Shown one piece after another: positions 19,453-30,125 of a DNA stretch of 64,000 nt. The translations under genes and the position numbers were made by a program. Each line of letters opens with the position of its first letter. The stretch's first letter is position 1. The DNA is taken from NCBI GenBank assembly GCA_963712115.1, contig CAVQGX010000020.1:1-64000 (forward strand), given 5' to 3'. This DNA comes from an uncultured delta proteobacterium (GTDB lineage Bacteria > Desulfobacterota > Syntrophobacteria > BM002). The notes beneath the pieces were generated by a model. That model saw nothing but the letters and a program-made list of their open reading frames with translations. It was not told the DNA's origin and searched no databases.

Positions 19453-22400
19453 TTAGTACCTCTGCTCCTGATCGTCCTCCCCCCGGCAAATTGCGTGGAG
19501 TCTACGGTAGGTCTCTTTAATGTCGAAGTAGGAGCGGAAATCTGTGGTTGTAATAATAAACCGCGAAATCTCATTGAGAAGCCAATCCAAATCTAGAACT
19601 ATACCCCTTTTCGCCAACATTGTGACAGCCCTCAGAGCCGCCTCGCGGACCTGCCAGTAGTGGTGTTCCTTCAAACCCAGCAATGCCTCTGCCACCTCTC
19701 GATCTTCGCCAACAGCTCCTAGGGCCAATACTACCTCTCTCACAACCTCAAATGATCGGTCCTTGATAAGTGTCAGGAGTTTTTCTGTCACAGCCTGCTT
19801 TTGCAGGAGCTCTTGAGCGAAATGACCCATGATTCTTGCCGCCTGCGCCCGGACTTCGTAGTAATTATCGTCAAGGACCTCAAAAACTCTAGCTTCCACC
19901 TCGGGGCCCCACTTGTTCAATATTTGCAGGGAGATTAGAATATTGCGTCGGATGAAGCCCACCTGACGATAGTCTCCACCAAAAAGCCTCTGCAATCGAC
20001 TTGCCGGAGTCCGATCCGCCAAGAGATGAAGCAGTGTAGAGAGTTTCTCTTCATGTTTGAGAAATCCTATTAGCTTAACCCCCAGATTGCGCTCTGCCCA
20101 ACTGGGCGAGGTCAACAGGGAGGCAGCTCGATGCCGGTAGTAATCCAAGTCGTCAGCATCGGGAATAGCCTTTCCAGGGTCATATTCCTTTGGACCAGCT
20201 TGCCAGAAACTCCTTAGCTTCACCAACAGCTCATTGTCACCCAAAAGCGGCTCCAAATCCTTAACCTCATCAATTGAACTTCTGTATATTGGGCCACCTT
20301 GAATCTCTGCAGCTATTTGCTTTACCGCATCGTGATTCATGAAAGCACGGGAGCACCTACCCATCTCCTCCAACCTCTGGGGTGCATCTAGCAGAGAGAT
20401 GATCTTTGTTGCCAGCTTCTGGCCTTCAACCTCCTCCAGCAACATTCCCTCTTCCATAACGGTGTCTTCGAAGATCAACTCCGCAGCACCCGCCCTTTTC
20501 ATAGCCCGAGCATTCATAACCTGATGATTACCTGGCAAATTGGCTTTGGGAATAATGAGAGCCGATTTGCCCACGGCTGAGATCTCGTTAAGACTGCCTG
20601 CACCTCCGCGGCAAACTATCAGGTTACTGACCGCGTAAATGTCTCCAATATTATGGAAATAATCTTGAGCGTAGTAAAATGTTTCGATTTGCTCCCGCTC
20701 ATGCTCACTGTACCTGCGCTGCAACCTTTCAGCAGTGTCCTCCCAGGCATGGTATTCGGGAGTTTTGATTAAACCTACACCGTGGATGATAAAAATGTCA
20801 CTTTTTCTGGTCAAAAGATGACCGAGTGCGTCCACCAGGGCACGATTAATGGTCCGAGCACCCTGTGATCCACCAAAAGCGAAAACCACCTTTCTCCCGT
20901 CAGGTATCTGAAATGGCATGGCCTTGCCTCTGTCCGAGCTTAACATGCTGGTGACCGAATGGCGCACCGGATAGCCCACCACCACGCCATTTTCATTAAA
21001 GAAACTCTTAGTTTCAGGAAAGGTAAGTAGAACTTTGTCGGCACGACGTCCTATTAGCTGGTTCAATTTTCCGGGAACGCTATTCTGCTCATGAATGAAA
21101 ACCCGGGCCCTGCTCATGCCTAGCAAACGCATCAAAGTATTGGCGAAGATGACCGGGGCGCTAACATACCCTCCTGTGCCTACTATCGTATCTGGGCGAA
21201 AGGTTGCAATATAATAAAATGACTGCAAAATTCCTCCTAATAAAAGAAGGGCAAAACGGACTAAATCCAGACTGGGTCGAAAACCGGGAAAGCCATAAGC
21301 CCACACATAACGAATAGGATAGCCGGCGCGGGTGACGATTATTGACTCGGCCTTTCCTCGCATCCCCACATATAGAAAGCGGACATTCTGGTCCTTCTGC
21401 TTGATAGCTTCAGCTATGGCAAGTGCAGGGTTCACGTGTCCACCGGTTCCTCCTCCAGTTAAAATGACCCGCTCGATGGAGCCAGTCCCCCTGCTTTGAA
21501 ATCGCCCCCAATATCCGAGGGTCAGGAAAAAAACAAACATGCCAACAGCAGCGGCAAGCACGAGTCCAGCAACTTCGCCCCAATTAAAGATCGCCTGCGG
21601 CAGGCTTGCCAGAAAAGACGTTTCCACCAGGCGAGGATAAAGTTTCCAGGCAGTCAAACCACCCGCCCCACTGGCAATGGCTGTAAACATAAGGGTGTCA
21701 CCAAGATCTTGCCAGCCAATAGCTGCTTGACCTCGACGACGCAATTCTAAATTGAAGGCAGCGAAGAGTACTGCCCCATTAACAGTAAAAGCTATGGAAG
21801 AGGCTAGGGCCAGCCCCCCATGCCTGAGTGAGGTGCGCACTAACAGTAGACTCAACCCCACATTCAAAAAGGCGGCTACCAGCGAGGTGTAAAGGGGAAT
21901 TTGATTCTTGGCTAAGGCCGGGTAGACTCTGCTGTAGAGATTCCAAAACCCCATGCCCAAGAGACCCAAGGCATAGAAAGCAAAGGCCAAAGCAGTCAAA
22001 TTGACTGATGACCTGTCAAAAGCGCCGCGCTGAAAAACCACTGAAGTAATGGGCCCTACCAAGGCCAGAACAAATACGGTGAGGGGCACCATGCAAATGA
22101 TATTGTAGCGGAGGCCTTTTATAACTGTCTTTCGGAACCCTTGCCAGTCCTCCCTCTGTACCTGGTCATTAAGTTCAGTGACACCTGCCCTACCCACAGC
22201 CAAGCCTATGATGGAATTGGGCAATTGCACTAGCCTTTGGGCAAAGTAGAGGGCAGCAATGCTACCCGGCAAGAGAAAAGAGGCAAGAACTCGGTCGACA
22301 ATCTCCACTGTCTTGTTAGCCACTGACTGCCCGAAGATCCAGCCCGACTGCCGCCCTACTTCTCTTAGTTCCGGCATGGACTCTTTTGAATCTGTAGTAT

Positions 22401-23055
22401 ATCCCATGCCGAGCGCGCTTTTTCGCGAAGATCTAATCAACACCGGAATCTGGATGAAAAACTGCAGAATCCCTCCCAGGACAAACCCCACTGCCATGCT
22501 GTAGATGCCGAGATATGGCTTGAGGGCAATGATTCCTACAATCACTCCGACGCTGAGCATTATCGGCGCCAGGGCATAGGTGACAGTGGCATCCAGGAAA
22601 AGCAGAAGTCCACCCACATAAGATGCCAGCCCTATGGCCACCATAAAAGGAAGAATAAAGTAGGTCATTACCTCCGCTTGGTGGAACTCACTGGCAGCGA
22701 GACCGGCGCCGATTAGTCTGACCAATTTCGGGGTGAGAAGATAGAAAATTCCCATGATGACCAAAAGGAGCAGCATCATGAGGTTAAATACCCTAGAGGC
22801 CAGAATCCATGCCCGCCTGTATTCCCCGGCAGCTATCATTTGGCGGAAAGGAGGCAAAAAAGCCTTTTCCACCATGTCTTCTCCTAGAATGCGTCGAAAA
22901 AGGGTGGGGATGGTGAAAGCGATAGCAAAAAGGTCAGTGGCTCGAGTGGCACCAAAATAACCAGCAATAACCATCTCCCTTACGAATCCAAACATTCGGG
23001 AGACCAGGTTACCCTGCACCATATCAAAAAATTTTCTAAAAAAGGACTTCCTCAT
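19453..23055 (-). CDS. MurJ flippase - MurG glycosyltransferase - HEAT-repeat fusion protein
   Basis: N-terminal SRMFGFVRE/FRRILGE MurJ; central GGGTGGH, HEQN, GGSQGA, HQVMNA MurG; C-terminal YEVRAQAA/FEVVREVV/WQVREAA HEAT-like repeats; one uninterrupted ORF. Confidence 0.88.
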   Translation of the reverse strand: MRKSFFRKFFDMVQGNLVSRMFGFVREMVIAGYFGATRATDLFAIAFTIPTLFRRILGEDMVEKAFLPPFRQMIAAGEYRRAWILASRVFNLMMLLLLVIMGIFYLLTPKLVRLIGAGLAASEFHQAEVMTYFILPFMVAIGLASYVGGLLLFLDATVTYALAPIMLSVGVIVGIIALKPYLGIYSMAVGFVLGGILQFFIQIPVLIRSSRKSALGMGYTTDSKESMPELREVGRQSGWIFGQSVANKTVEIVDRVLASFLLPGSIAALYFAQRLVQLPNSIIGLAVGRAGVTELNDQVQREDWQGFRKTVIKGLRYNIICMVPLTVFVLALVGPITSVVFQRGAFDRSSVNLTALAFAFYALGLLGMGFWNLYSRVYPALAKNQIPLYTSLVAAFLNVGLSLLLVRTSLRHGGLALASSIAFTVNGAVLFAAFNLELRRRGQAAIGWQDLGDTLMFTAIASGAGGLTAWKLYPRLVETSFLASLPQAIFNWGEVAGLVLAAAVGMFVFFLTLGYWGRFQSRGTGSIERVILTGGGTGGHVNPALAIAEAIKQKDQNVRFLYVGMRGKAESIIVTRAGYPIRYVWAYGFPGFRPSLDLVRFALLLLGGILQSFYYIATFRPDTIVGTGGYVSAPVIFANTLMRLLGMSRARVFIHEQNSVPGKLNQLIGRRADKVLLTFPETKSFFNENGVVVGYPVRHSVTSMLSSDRGKAMPFQIPDGRKVVFAFGGSQGARTINRALVDALGHLLTRKSDIFIIHGVGLIKTPEYHAWEDTAERLQRRYSEHEREQIETFYYAQDYFHNIGDIYAVSNLIVCRGGAGSLNEISAVGKSALIIPKANLPGNHQVMNARAMKRAGAAELIFEDTVMEEGMLLEEVEGQKLATKIISLLDAPQRLEEMGRCSRAFMNHDAVKQIAAEIQGGPIYRSSIDEVKDLEPLLGDNELLVKLRSFWQAGPKEYDPGKAIPDADDLDYYRHRAASLLTSPSWAERNLGVKLIGFLKHEEKLSTLLHLLADRTPASRLQRLFGGDYRQVGFIRRNILISLQILNKWGPEVEARVFEVLDDNYYEVRAQAARIMGHFAQELLQKQAVTEKLLTLIKDRSFEVVREVVLALGAVGEDREVAEALLGLKEHHYWQVREAALRAVTMLAKRGIVLDLDWLLNEISRFIITTTDFRSYFDIKETYRRLHAICRGEDDQEQRY

Positions 23056-23421
23056 GAGGCTCCCGCGTCCCTTACGATCTCGGCTAAATTTCGCCGGGGG
23101 TAGATTCGAAAGTCCGCCTATACCTCTAAGTAGCCACGGACGTGCAGATGCACCGACAGGTCGACAGGGAAGCCGGCAGGAGGCAGGGGCAGCTGGCAGG
23201 TATTTATAAGAGTCAAACTGTAAGGTATTAAAATATCCGCATCTTAACTAGGGTGGAGATCATTTAAACACTTGGAGATTGAAATCTAGCTGCCTGCTGC
23301 TAACTGCCAGCTGGGAAAGAGCGCTGCGCGCTCTTTGTTCTCCTTCTTGCCCCGTCAGTTTATAATCATTCTCTGTTTCCTCGCTGAGACAGTCTCCGGC
23401 TGTTTGAGCCAGCCATTCCCT

Positions 23422-24069
23422 TTAGAAACTCGCCTCCCAGCAAGAGAGAACCTCCTGCAGGGCAATTGCCCCAACACGCAAGATCTTGGGAGGCCAAGTG
23501 GTTACGTCGGCAATTGTAGAGGCTTTACCACCGGGCGTCAAGCCAGCATCAAGAATGGCTTCCAGGTCCTCTCCCAGCTGGGATAAAACTTCTTCACAGC
23601 TTCGGCAGCTCGGGGATCCCGATCGATTGGCACTAGTTGCAGTAATTGGTCCGCCTACCGCCTGGACCAAGGCTTGGGCAACGGGATGAGAGGAGATTCT
23701 CACAGCTATCTTGCCGGTACCGGCGGTGAGGTTGGTTGGCAGCTTTTTTCCTGCAGCGCACACCAGGGTGAGGGGGCCGGGCCAGAAAGTTGCCGCTAAA
23801 TGACGTGCTTCGCGGCTAAGGTTTTCTATCCAATTATCGAGTTCGTTTAAATCCGCAACCAGAATGCTGAGGGATTTGTGAACCGCTCGTTTTTTAAGCA
23901 GATAAACCCTAGCAATAGCTTTGTAGTCTGTAGCAAGGGCAGCCAAGCCGTAGAAGGTCTCAGTGGGAAAAGCTACCACGGTTCCTTTGCGAATGAGCCG
24001 AGCCGCTTGCCCTATGGCTGCTTCGCTCTGGGTAGTATCTTTGTCCACTTTTAGTATAAGTGGCATCAT
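23422..24069 (-). CDS. tsaC: Threonylcarbamoyl-AMP synthase (YrdC/Sua5 family)
   Basis: FPTETFYGL, FWPGPLT, ATSANRSG. Confidence 0.93.
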   Translation of the reverse strand: MMPLILKVDKDTTQSEAAIGQAARLIRKGTVVAFPTETFYGLAALATDYKAIARVYLLKKRAVHKSLSILVADLNELDNWIENLSREARHLAATFWPGPLTLVCAAGKKLPTNLTAGTGKIAVRISSHPVAQALVQAVGGPITATSANRSGSPSCRSCEEVLSQLGEDLEAILDAGLTPGGKASTIADVTTWPPKILRVGAIALQEVLSCWEASF

Positions 24070-24080
24070 TAACTACTATA

Positions 24081-24238
24081 AATTGAACCACAGAGATCAC
24101 GGAGCGACGCAATTTCAGATTGTTGATTGTAGATCGCAGATTGCCAAATCCTCACCTGCCATATTGTCTCAATCTACAATCTTAAATCTAAAATCTCAAA
24201 TATCCCTTTGTGCTCTCCGCGTCCTCTGTGGTTCAATT
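24081..24238. repeat. ACCACAGAG-bounded palindromic element with GATTGTA/CAATCTA tracts
   Basis: 15-bp TIR AATTGAACCACAGAG / CTCTGTGGTTCAATT; inner tract shared with 26109-26240 (inverted) and 36335-36458. Confidence 0.75.
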
Positions 24239-24252
24239 CTTAGTTGTTTAGG

Positions 24253-24792
24253 CTAGGGCGTGGGCATCTTCTCCTGCAGGGTTGCGGCTTTCTCGGCAAC
24301 CTTCTCGGCCAGTTCTTCCTTGTAGTGCTCCAGTCTCTCTTGCAACTCGCTGTTAGCCACAGCCAGTATTTGCGCTGCCAGAATTGCTGCGTTTTTAGCT
24401 CCAGCTTTTCCCACAGCCATGGTGGCCACCGGCACACCTGCCGGCATCTGAACAGTTGAGAGCAATGCATCCCATCCAGTCAAGGGGGAAGATTCGATTG
24501 GGACACCAATTACCGGCAGGCTAGTTTCCGCCGCCAGGACCCCAGCCAAGTGAGCAGCCCCACCAGCGCCTGCTATAAGCACTTTAAGACCCCTTCGCTT
24601 GGCTGATCTGGCGTATTCGGACACCCTCTGTGGTGAGCGATGGGCCGATGCCACCGTTATTTCAGCAGGGATACCAAAATTAGTCAGAACCTCAAAAGCC
24701 TCCTGCATTACCGGCAGGTCGGAATCACTACCCATGATAATACCCACCACTGGCGCCTGAGATGACTGATTGGATTGCTTGCTGGCCTGCAT
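24253..24792 (-). CDS. purE: N5-carboxyaminoimidazole ribonucleotide mutase
   Basis: IIMGSDSD, SAHR, AGAGGAAHL, VQMPAGVP. Confidence 0.96.
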   Translation of the reverse strand: MQASKQSNQSSQAPVVGIIMGSDSDLPVMQEAFEVLTNFGIPAEITVASAHRSPQRVSEYARSAKRRGLKVLIAGAGGAAHLAGVLAAETSLPVIGVPIESSPLTGWDALLSTVQMPAGVPVATMAVGKAGAKNAAILAAQILAVANSELQERLEHYKEELAEKVAEKAATLQEKMPTP

Positions 24793-24797
24793 CTGGG

Positions 24798-26105
24798 CTA
24801 CTCCTTACCTATGTCGCTGCGATAGTAGATGCCGTCGAACTGCACCTTTTCCATCTCAGAGTATGCCTTCTCCCTGGCGTCCTTGAGGGTTTTACCCCGA
24901 CTTACTATACACAGTACTCGGCCACCGGTAGTGATAAATTGGCCCTCATCGCCAAACCCCGTGCCGGAATGGAACACCTGACAGTCGGGGTCTATCTTAT
25001 CAAGTCCCTCAATGGGCAAACCGATCTTGTAGCGTTCGGGATATCCCTTATACCATCCCTTCTTGCCTTTTGTTCGCCCGCTCACAGCAATTAGGCACAG
25101 CCGATAGTCCGAATTCCACCTGGGGGTAATTTCATCCAGTCGGCCCTGGACGATGGCTTCAGATACATCTACTAGGTCGTTCTCCATTCGCGGTATTATA
25201 ACCTGAGCCTCAGGATCTCCCTGACGAATATTGATCTCCAACACATAGGGAGTTATGCCATCTTGCTCTTCCATCAACATCAGGCCTGCGTAGAGAATCC
25301 CCTTGTAAACGATGCCTGTTTTTTCCCTAAAACCCGCAATGAGGGGCTGGACCACTCGATCCATAATGATTTGGGTCATCTCGTCGGTGAGCCAGGGATG
25401 AGGAGAATAAGCTCCCATACCTCCCGTGTTTTTCCCTTCGTCGTCATCCCGGGCTCTCTTGTAGTCTTGGGCTGCCACCATGGGTAAAACCGAGTTGCCG
25501 TCAGTGAAACAGAAAAAGGAGAGTTCTCGACCGTATAGCCGTTTTTCGATTTCCACTCTATTGCCTGAATCACCGAATATGCGCTTTTCCATCAGCAGGT
25601 GTACGGCATCCTCTGCCTGGGCGACATCATCGCAGACCAGTGAGCCTTTGCCTGCGGCCAAACCATCCGCTTTTACCACCACTGGATAGCCGACACTGCG
25701 TACGTAGTCTCGGGCTTTGTCGGGGTCATCAAAGATTTCAAAATCCGCCACCGGAATTCCGAGGTCTCGCATGATTTCCTTGGCATAACACTTGGAAGAT
25801 TCTAGCAGACTTGCAGCTCTGCTGGGACCGACGATGGCCAATCCTTTCTCTTCAAAAAGATCTACAATCCCGGCGGAGAGCGGGCTTTCCGGTCCCACAA
25901 AAGTCAGATCGATTCTCTCCCGATCCGCAAATGCAACCATCTCCTCTATGGTCCGGGCATCAACGCATTCCGCTGTTTGCGAAATCCCGGCATTGCCGTG
26001 AGCCACATATAGTTGTTTCACTCGAGGACTTTGGGAAAACTTCCAGGCGATAGTATGATCGCGTCCACCACTGCCGATGACAAGTACTTTCATGCACTCC
26101 CCCAC
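24798..26105 (-). CDS. purD: Phosphoribosylamine-glycine ligase
   Basis: GSGGRDH, KADGLAAGKG, NTGGMGAYSP, GDPE. Confidence 0.96.
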   Translation of the reverse strand: MGECMKVLVIGSGGRDHTIAWKFSQSPRVKQLYVAHGNAGISQTAECVDARTIEEMVAFADRERIDLTFVGPESPLSAGIVDLFEEKGLAIVGPSRAASLLESSKCYAKEIMRDLGIPVADFEIFDDPDKARDYVRSVGYPVVVKADGLAAGKGSLVCDDVAQAEDAVHLLMEKRIFGDSGNRVEIEKRLYGRELSFFCFTDGNSVLPMVAAQDYKRARDDDEGKNTGGMGAYSPHPWLTDEMTQIIMDRVVQPLIAGFREKTGIVYKGILYAGLMLMEEQDGITPYVLEINIRQGDPEAQVIIPRMENDLVDVSEAIVQGRLDEITPRWNSDYRLCLIAVSGRTKGKKGWYKGYPERYKIGLPIEGLDKIDPDCQVFHSGTGFGDEGQFITTGGRVLCIVSRGKTLKDAREKAYSEMEKVQFDGIYYRSDIGKE

Positions 26106-26108
26106 TAC

Positions 26109-26240
26109 AGGATATTTGAGATTTTAGATTTAAGATTGTAGATTTATACAAGTAGGCCCTAGAAGAATTCGCAATCTCCAATCTACAATCAACAATCTGA
26201 AATTACATTTCTTTGTGGTCTTCGTGGTCTTCGTGGTTTC
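26109..26240. repeat. Inverted partial copy of the 24081 repeat family
   Basis: GATATTTGAGATTTTAGATTTAAGATTGTAGATT...CAATCTACAATCAACAATCTGAAATT. Confidence 0.65.
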
Positions 26241-26474
26241 ACTAAGTTGTAGCGAAACCGAACTAGATTTGCTTTAGCGCGACAGCCTGTTCCCTGCTAA
26301 CTGACGAACTATAAAGAGAATTTTCCTTGGGATTACCGCACGAAAGTATCAAAAAGGCCAGGGCGAGTCAAATTGAAAATATCTTCCCACGCGGACGAAT
26401 TATCATGCTCCAATCCAACCTTTCCCGCCTGGAGACCGCTCCAGAGGTTATATTTAATACTTGGCAAAACAGTG

Positions 26475-26483
26475 TGGTATAAT
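26475..26483 (+). promoter_or_regulatory. Putative extended -10 promoter element
   Basis: TGGTATAAT ~140 nt upstream of kinase start. Confidence 0.35.
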
Positions 26484-26625
26484 ACAGCAGTTATCTGGTA
26501 CAATATTTGGGATATAATTGCATTATCTGAGGTCGCGGTAGGTATTTCTTGAGTAATGCGGGTCCAGGCAGAGGAACCTCTCTTCGGTTAATTTCGTCGC
26601 CTGAGAGAGCAAACATAGGATCTAC

Positions 26626-28590
26626 ATGGCTAAGCCAACCTACGAAGAACTCGAACGCAGAGTAGAAGAACTGGAGAAGATGGTCAACATTAAGATCTCT
26701 CCCCAGGAGTTCTACTTCGACACCAGAGATCTCATCTATTTCAAAGGATACCGGGACTGGTCCCTGGATTTATACGACAGAAAGATAGAGGATATCACTG
26801 GATATAAACTGGAAGATTTCCTGGATAGAAAAATCAAATGGCTGGACATCGTCTATCACAGAGACGAACAAATAGCCCGAAATGCTGTAAAGCAGGCTCT
26901 CAAAACTGATAAGTATTATCTTGCCGAATACCGAATCGTTAAGAAGTCCGGCGACCTGGGGTGGATAAAGATAAGGGGTTTTATAACTACCGATTCTAAT
27001 GGGGACTTTTTGTCTGTGCGCGGGGTCATAAACGACGTCACCCTTGAGAAATACGGTCAGCTTACCTTTGAGACCGGAATAGGAGGCCTTGGCTGGACGG
27101 ACAGCTTGAAAGACGGTCTTTACATTATCTCAAAAGATTACCGAATTGTTTTCATGAATCAGACTCTCAAGGATCTCGTCGGTGACCATGAGGGAGAGGT
27201 GTGCTACCAAGCTTTATTCGAGAGAGACTCTCCCTGCCCCTGGTCGGTGATGAATAAGCTTGAAGGAAGCGATGTCTGCTTTATCCAGGAATATCGTCTG
27301 CCGAAAACGGAGAAAATCTTTCAAGTAAGAAGCATTCCAATAAAGCTCGAGGATGGTTCCATAGGCAAACTGGGCCACCTCAAGGACATTACCGAGACAA
27401 GAAAACTGGAATTGGAAGTTGAGGAATTTGCGGGTAGACAGCGCGCCATAGAGGATGCAGCCAACAGAGCAGAGCTGGGGATATTCATCCTCCAGGACCA
27501 TGACGGGGTGGAGGCGCGAATTCGCTATGCAAATGAGGCTACCTCAAGAATAACCGGATATGAATATGATGAATTGATCGACAAAGCATGGGCTGATTTG
27601 GTCCATCCGGATAATTTTGAAGAGTCGATTAAGCGTTACCGGCTCAGGCAAAGGGGAGAGACCCTGGGCCAGGCCTATGAGATCAAGATGGTCCGCAAAG
27701 ACTCCGTGCCCATCACAGTACATGGAAGCTTTGCTATATCAACCCATGAGGGCAAGGTGGCAACCATCAGCTTTCTCAGAGACATCACCGAGAGGAAGAA
27801 GGGGGAAAAGGCCCTCTGGCGCTCGCAGAGACTCGCCTCTATCGGCAGGTTGGCAGCCGAAATCGCCCATGAGATGAACAACCCTCTAACCAGTGTCCTC
27901 ACTTTCTGCAAACTGGCAAATAACATTCTTCAGCAGGAACCCTTTCCCACCCAGCGGGCTTCTGAATTACGGGACTATATGTCCTATCTTAACAGTGAGA
28001 CAGAAAGGTGCGCCAACATATCTCGGAACTTGTTGGATTTCTCCCGGCAGAGTGAAATCGAGATTCGGGAGAATGATGTTCATGAAATTCTAGATAAAAC
28101 CCTAACTATCCTGCGTCATCGTGCCGGATTGGACGAAATCGAAATCCAAACAGACTATGCTCCACAACTGCCATTTTTGTCTTGTGATTTCAAAAGATTA
28201 CAGCAGGCATTCGTTAATGTCCTGTGGAATGCTATTGAGGCAATGCCAGAGGGCGGCAAGCTGACCGTTGCTACAAGATTTGACCAGGAGAAAGACAGAA
28301 TTGAGATCAAGGTCAGTGATACAGGGGTGGGCATCCCAGAGGAGGACGTGGAGAGAATTTTCGAGCCATTCTATACAACCAAGGCCGAAGGCAAAGGCGT
28401 AGGTCTGGGACTCTCTGTGGCCTATGGCATTATCCGCCAGCACCAGGGAGAGATTCACTTCCAAAGTGAGGTGGGCCAGGGCACTCACGTCACCATCCAT
28501 CTCCCTCCAGGGCCTCGGGCTCTCTCCCTCGAGGAACGTAAAGAGGGGGAGTATGTCTTTGCGACCAGCAGCGGTCAGGTTAGCAAGTAG
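26626..28590 (+). CDS. Cytoplasmic multi-PAS sensor histidine kinase
   Basis: Three PAS-like regions, AHEMNNPL, NAIEAM, DTGVG, GVGLGL; no TM segment. Confidence 0.93.
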   Translation: MAKPTYEELERRVEELEKMVNIKISPQEFYFDTRDLIYFKGYRDWSLDLYDRKIEDITGYKLEDFLDRKIKWLDIVYHRDEQIARNAVKQALKTDKYYLAEYRIVKKSGDLGWIKIRGFITTDSNGDFLSVRGVINDVTLEKYGQLTFETGIGGLGWTDSLKDGLYIISKDYRIVFMNQTLKDLVGDHEGEVCYQALFERDSPCPWSVMNKLEGSDVCFIQEYRLPKTEKIFQVRSIPIKLEDGSIGKLGHLKDITETRKLELEVEEFAGRQRAIEDAANRAELGIFILQDHDGVEARIRYANEATSRITGYEYDELIDKAWADLVHPDNFEESIKRYRLRQRGETLGQAYEIKMVRKDSVPITVHGSFAISTHEGKVATISFLRDITERKKGEKALWRSQRLASIGRLAAEIAHEMNNPLTSVLTFCKLANNILQQEPFPTQRASELRDYMSYLNSETERCANISRNLLDFSRQSEIEIRENDVHEILDKTLTILRHRAGLDEIEIQTDYAPQLPFLSCDFKRLQQAFVNVLWNAIEAMPEGGKLTVATRFDQEKDRIEIKVSDTGVGIPEEDVERIFEPFYTTKAEGKGVGLGLSVAYGIIRQHQGEIHFQSEVGQGTHVTIHLPPGPRALSLEERKEGEYVFATSSGQVSK

Positions 28591-28772
28591 TGAGTAGTAG
28601 GCAGTCTCAGTATTCGAGAAAAGCGGGAAAGGCGAGAAAAGCATCCGTGGATCCAGGTTGGATACCCTTTCTCGCACTAAGCACTAGGCACAAATTCGTT
28701 TAGCAGATAGAAAGACAAATATCTAACCTATTGGCTCATGACGCTATGGGCCATGCGATTTCAGGTGAACCA

Positions 28773-30119
28773 ATGAAGGAAGACGCACGGATTTTGGTGG
28801 TTGACGACGAACCAATGGTCTGTCTTGCCCTAAGTAACTGGCTGGAAGAGGAAAATTATTACGCCAGAGCAGTGGAAGATGGTCCTAAGGCCGTCGCCGC
28901 AGTTCGCGAGGAGAACTGGGATATAGTTCTACTAGACCTAAGGATGCCGGGTATGGACGGTATGGAGGTGCTCAAACAGATAAAGGAATTTGCTCCCCAG
29001 ACCGTGGTCATCATGATGACTGCTTATGCCTCCATCCCAGGTGCAGTCCAAGCTATGAAAGAGGGTGCCTACGACTATATCGTCAAACCCCTCGATGTGG
29101 ACCAACTCACCCTGATGCTAAAGAGGATCGTGGAACATCAACAGTTGATAACGGAAAACATCCTGCTTAGGAAGCGTTTGACCGAGCAATATGAGTTCGA
29201 GGATATCATCGGCAGGAGTGAACCCATGCAGGAAGTTTTCGAAATGATCAAGGCCGTAACAGATACTAACGCCACGGTCTTGATCACTGGCGAGACCGGT
29301 ACTGGTAAAGAACTGGTGGCCCGGGCCATCCATAGCAACAGCCCCCAACGCTATGGCCCCTTCGTAGCTACCAGCTGCGGCGCACTCCCCGAGACCCTGT
29401 TGGAAAGCGAGTTGTTCGGCTATGAGAAAGGTGCTTTCACCGGTGCCGACCGCACCAAGAAAGGGAGATTCGAACTGGCCAATGGCGGCACAATCTTTCT
29501 AGACGAAGTCGGCGATATTAGCATGAAAACCCAGATCAAGCTTCTGCGAGTTTTGCAGGAAAGAAGCTTCCGCCGGCTGGGAGGAACTGTTCCCATAGAG
29601 GTAGATGTTAGGCTCATTTCCGCTACTAACCGGGATTTAGTGACCGCCATAGAGGAGGGGATTTTCCGAAGCGACCTCTACTATCGACTCAATGTTGTTA
29701 CCATCCACCTCCCCCCCTTGAGGGAGCGCAAAGAGGATATTCCTTTACTGGCAGCTCATTTCATCAACAAATACAATGTGGAATTCAACAAGAGTTTCGA
29801 CCGCGTGGACCGCAAAGCTATGGACTTCATGATGGATTACCACTGGCCTGGTAATGTGCGTGAACTCGAGAACGCCATCGAACGAGCATTAGTAATTGAT
29901 CAAGGCCCAGAAGTGAAGGTAAACCATTTGCCTTTCTGCAATATGGAAATGGTCCCCACGGAGGAGCCCCGGACTCTGCAGGAAATTGAAAGGCTCCACA
30001 TCGAAAAGATGCTCAGTCGTAACGACTGGAACATCGCCAAGACAGCTCGCCTTCTGAAGATCGACCGCACCACCCTTCACAAGAAAATCAAGAAGTTTGG
30101 CCTAGAAAGACAGCAGTAG
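28773..30119 (+). CDS. Sigma54-dependent response regulator (NtrC family)
   Basis: Receiver DD..DLRMP, GETGTGKE, GAFTGA, WPGNVREL, Fis HTH. Confidence 0.95.
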   Translation: MKEDARILVVDDEPMVCLALSNWLEEENYYARAVEDGPKAVAAVREENWDIVLLDLRMPGMDGMEVLKQIKEFAPQTVVIMMTAYASIPGAVQAMKEGAYDYIVKPLDVDQLTLMLKRIVEHQQLITENILLRKRLTEQYEFEDIIGRSEPMQEVFEMIKAVTDTNATVLITGETGTGKELVARAIHSNSPQRYGPFVATSCGALPETLLESELFGYEKGAFTGADRTKKGRFELANGGTIFLDEVGDISMKTQIKLLRVLQERSFRRLGGTVPIEVDVRLISATNRDLVTAIEEGIFRSDLYYRLNVVTIHLPPLRERKEDIPLLAAHFINKYNVEFNKSFDRVDRKAMDFMMDYHWPGNVRELENAIERALVIDQGPEVKVNHLPFCNMEMVPTEEPRTLQEIERLHIEKMLSRNDWNIAKTARLLKIDRTTLHKKIKKFGLERQQ

Positions 30120-30125
30120 ACCACT

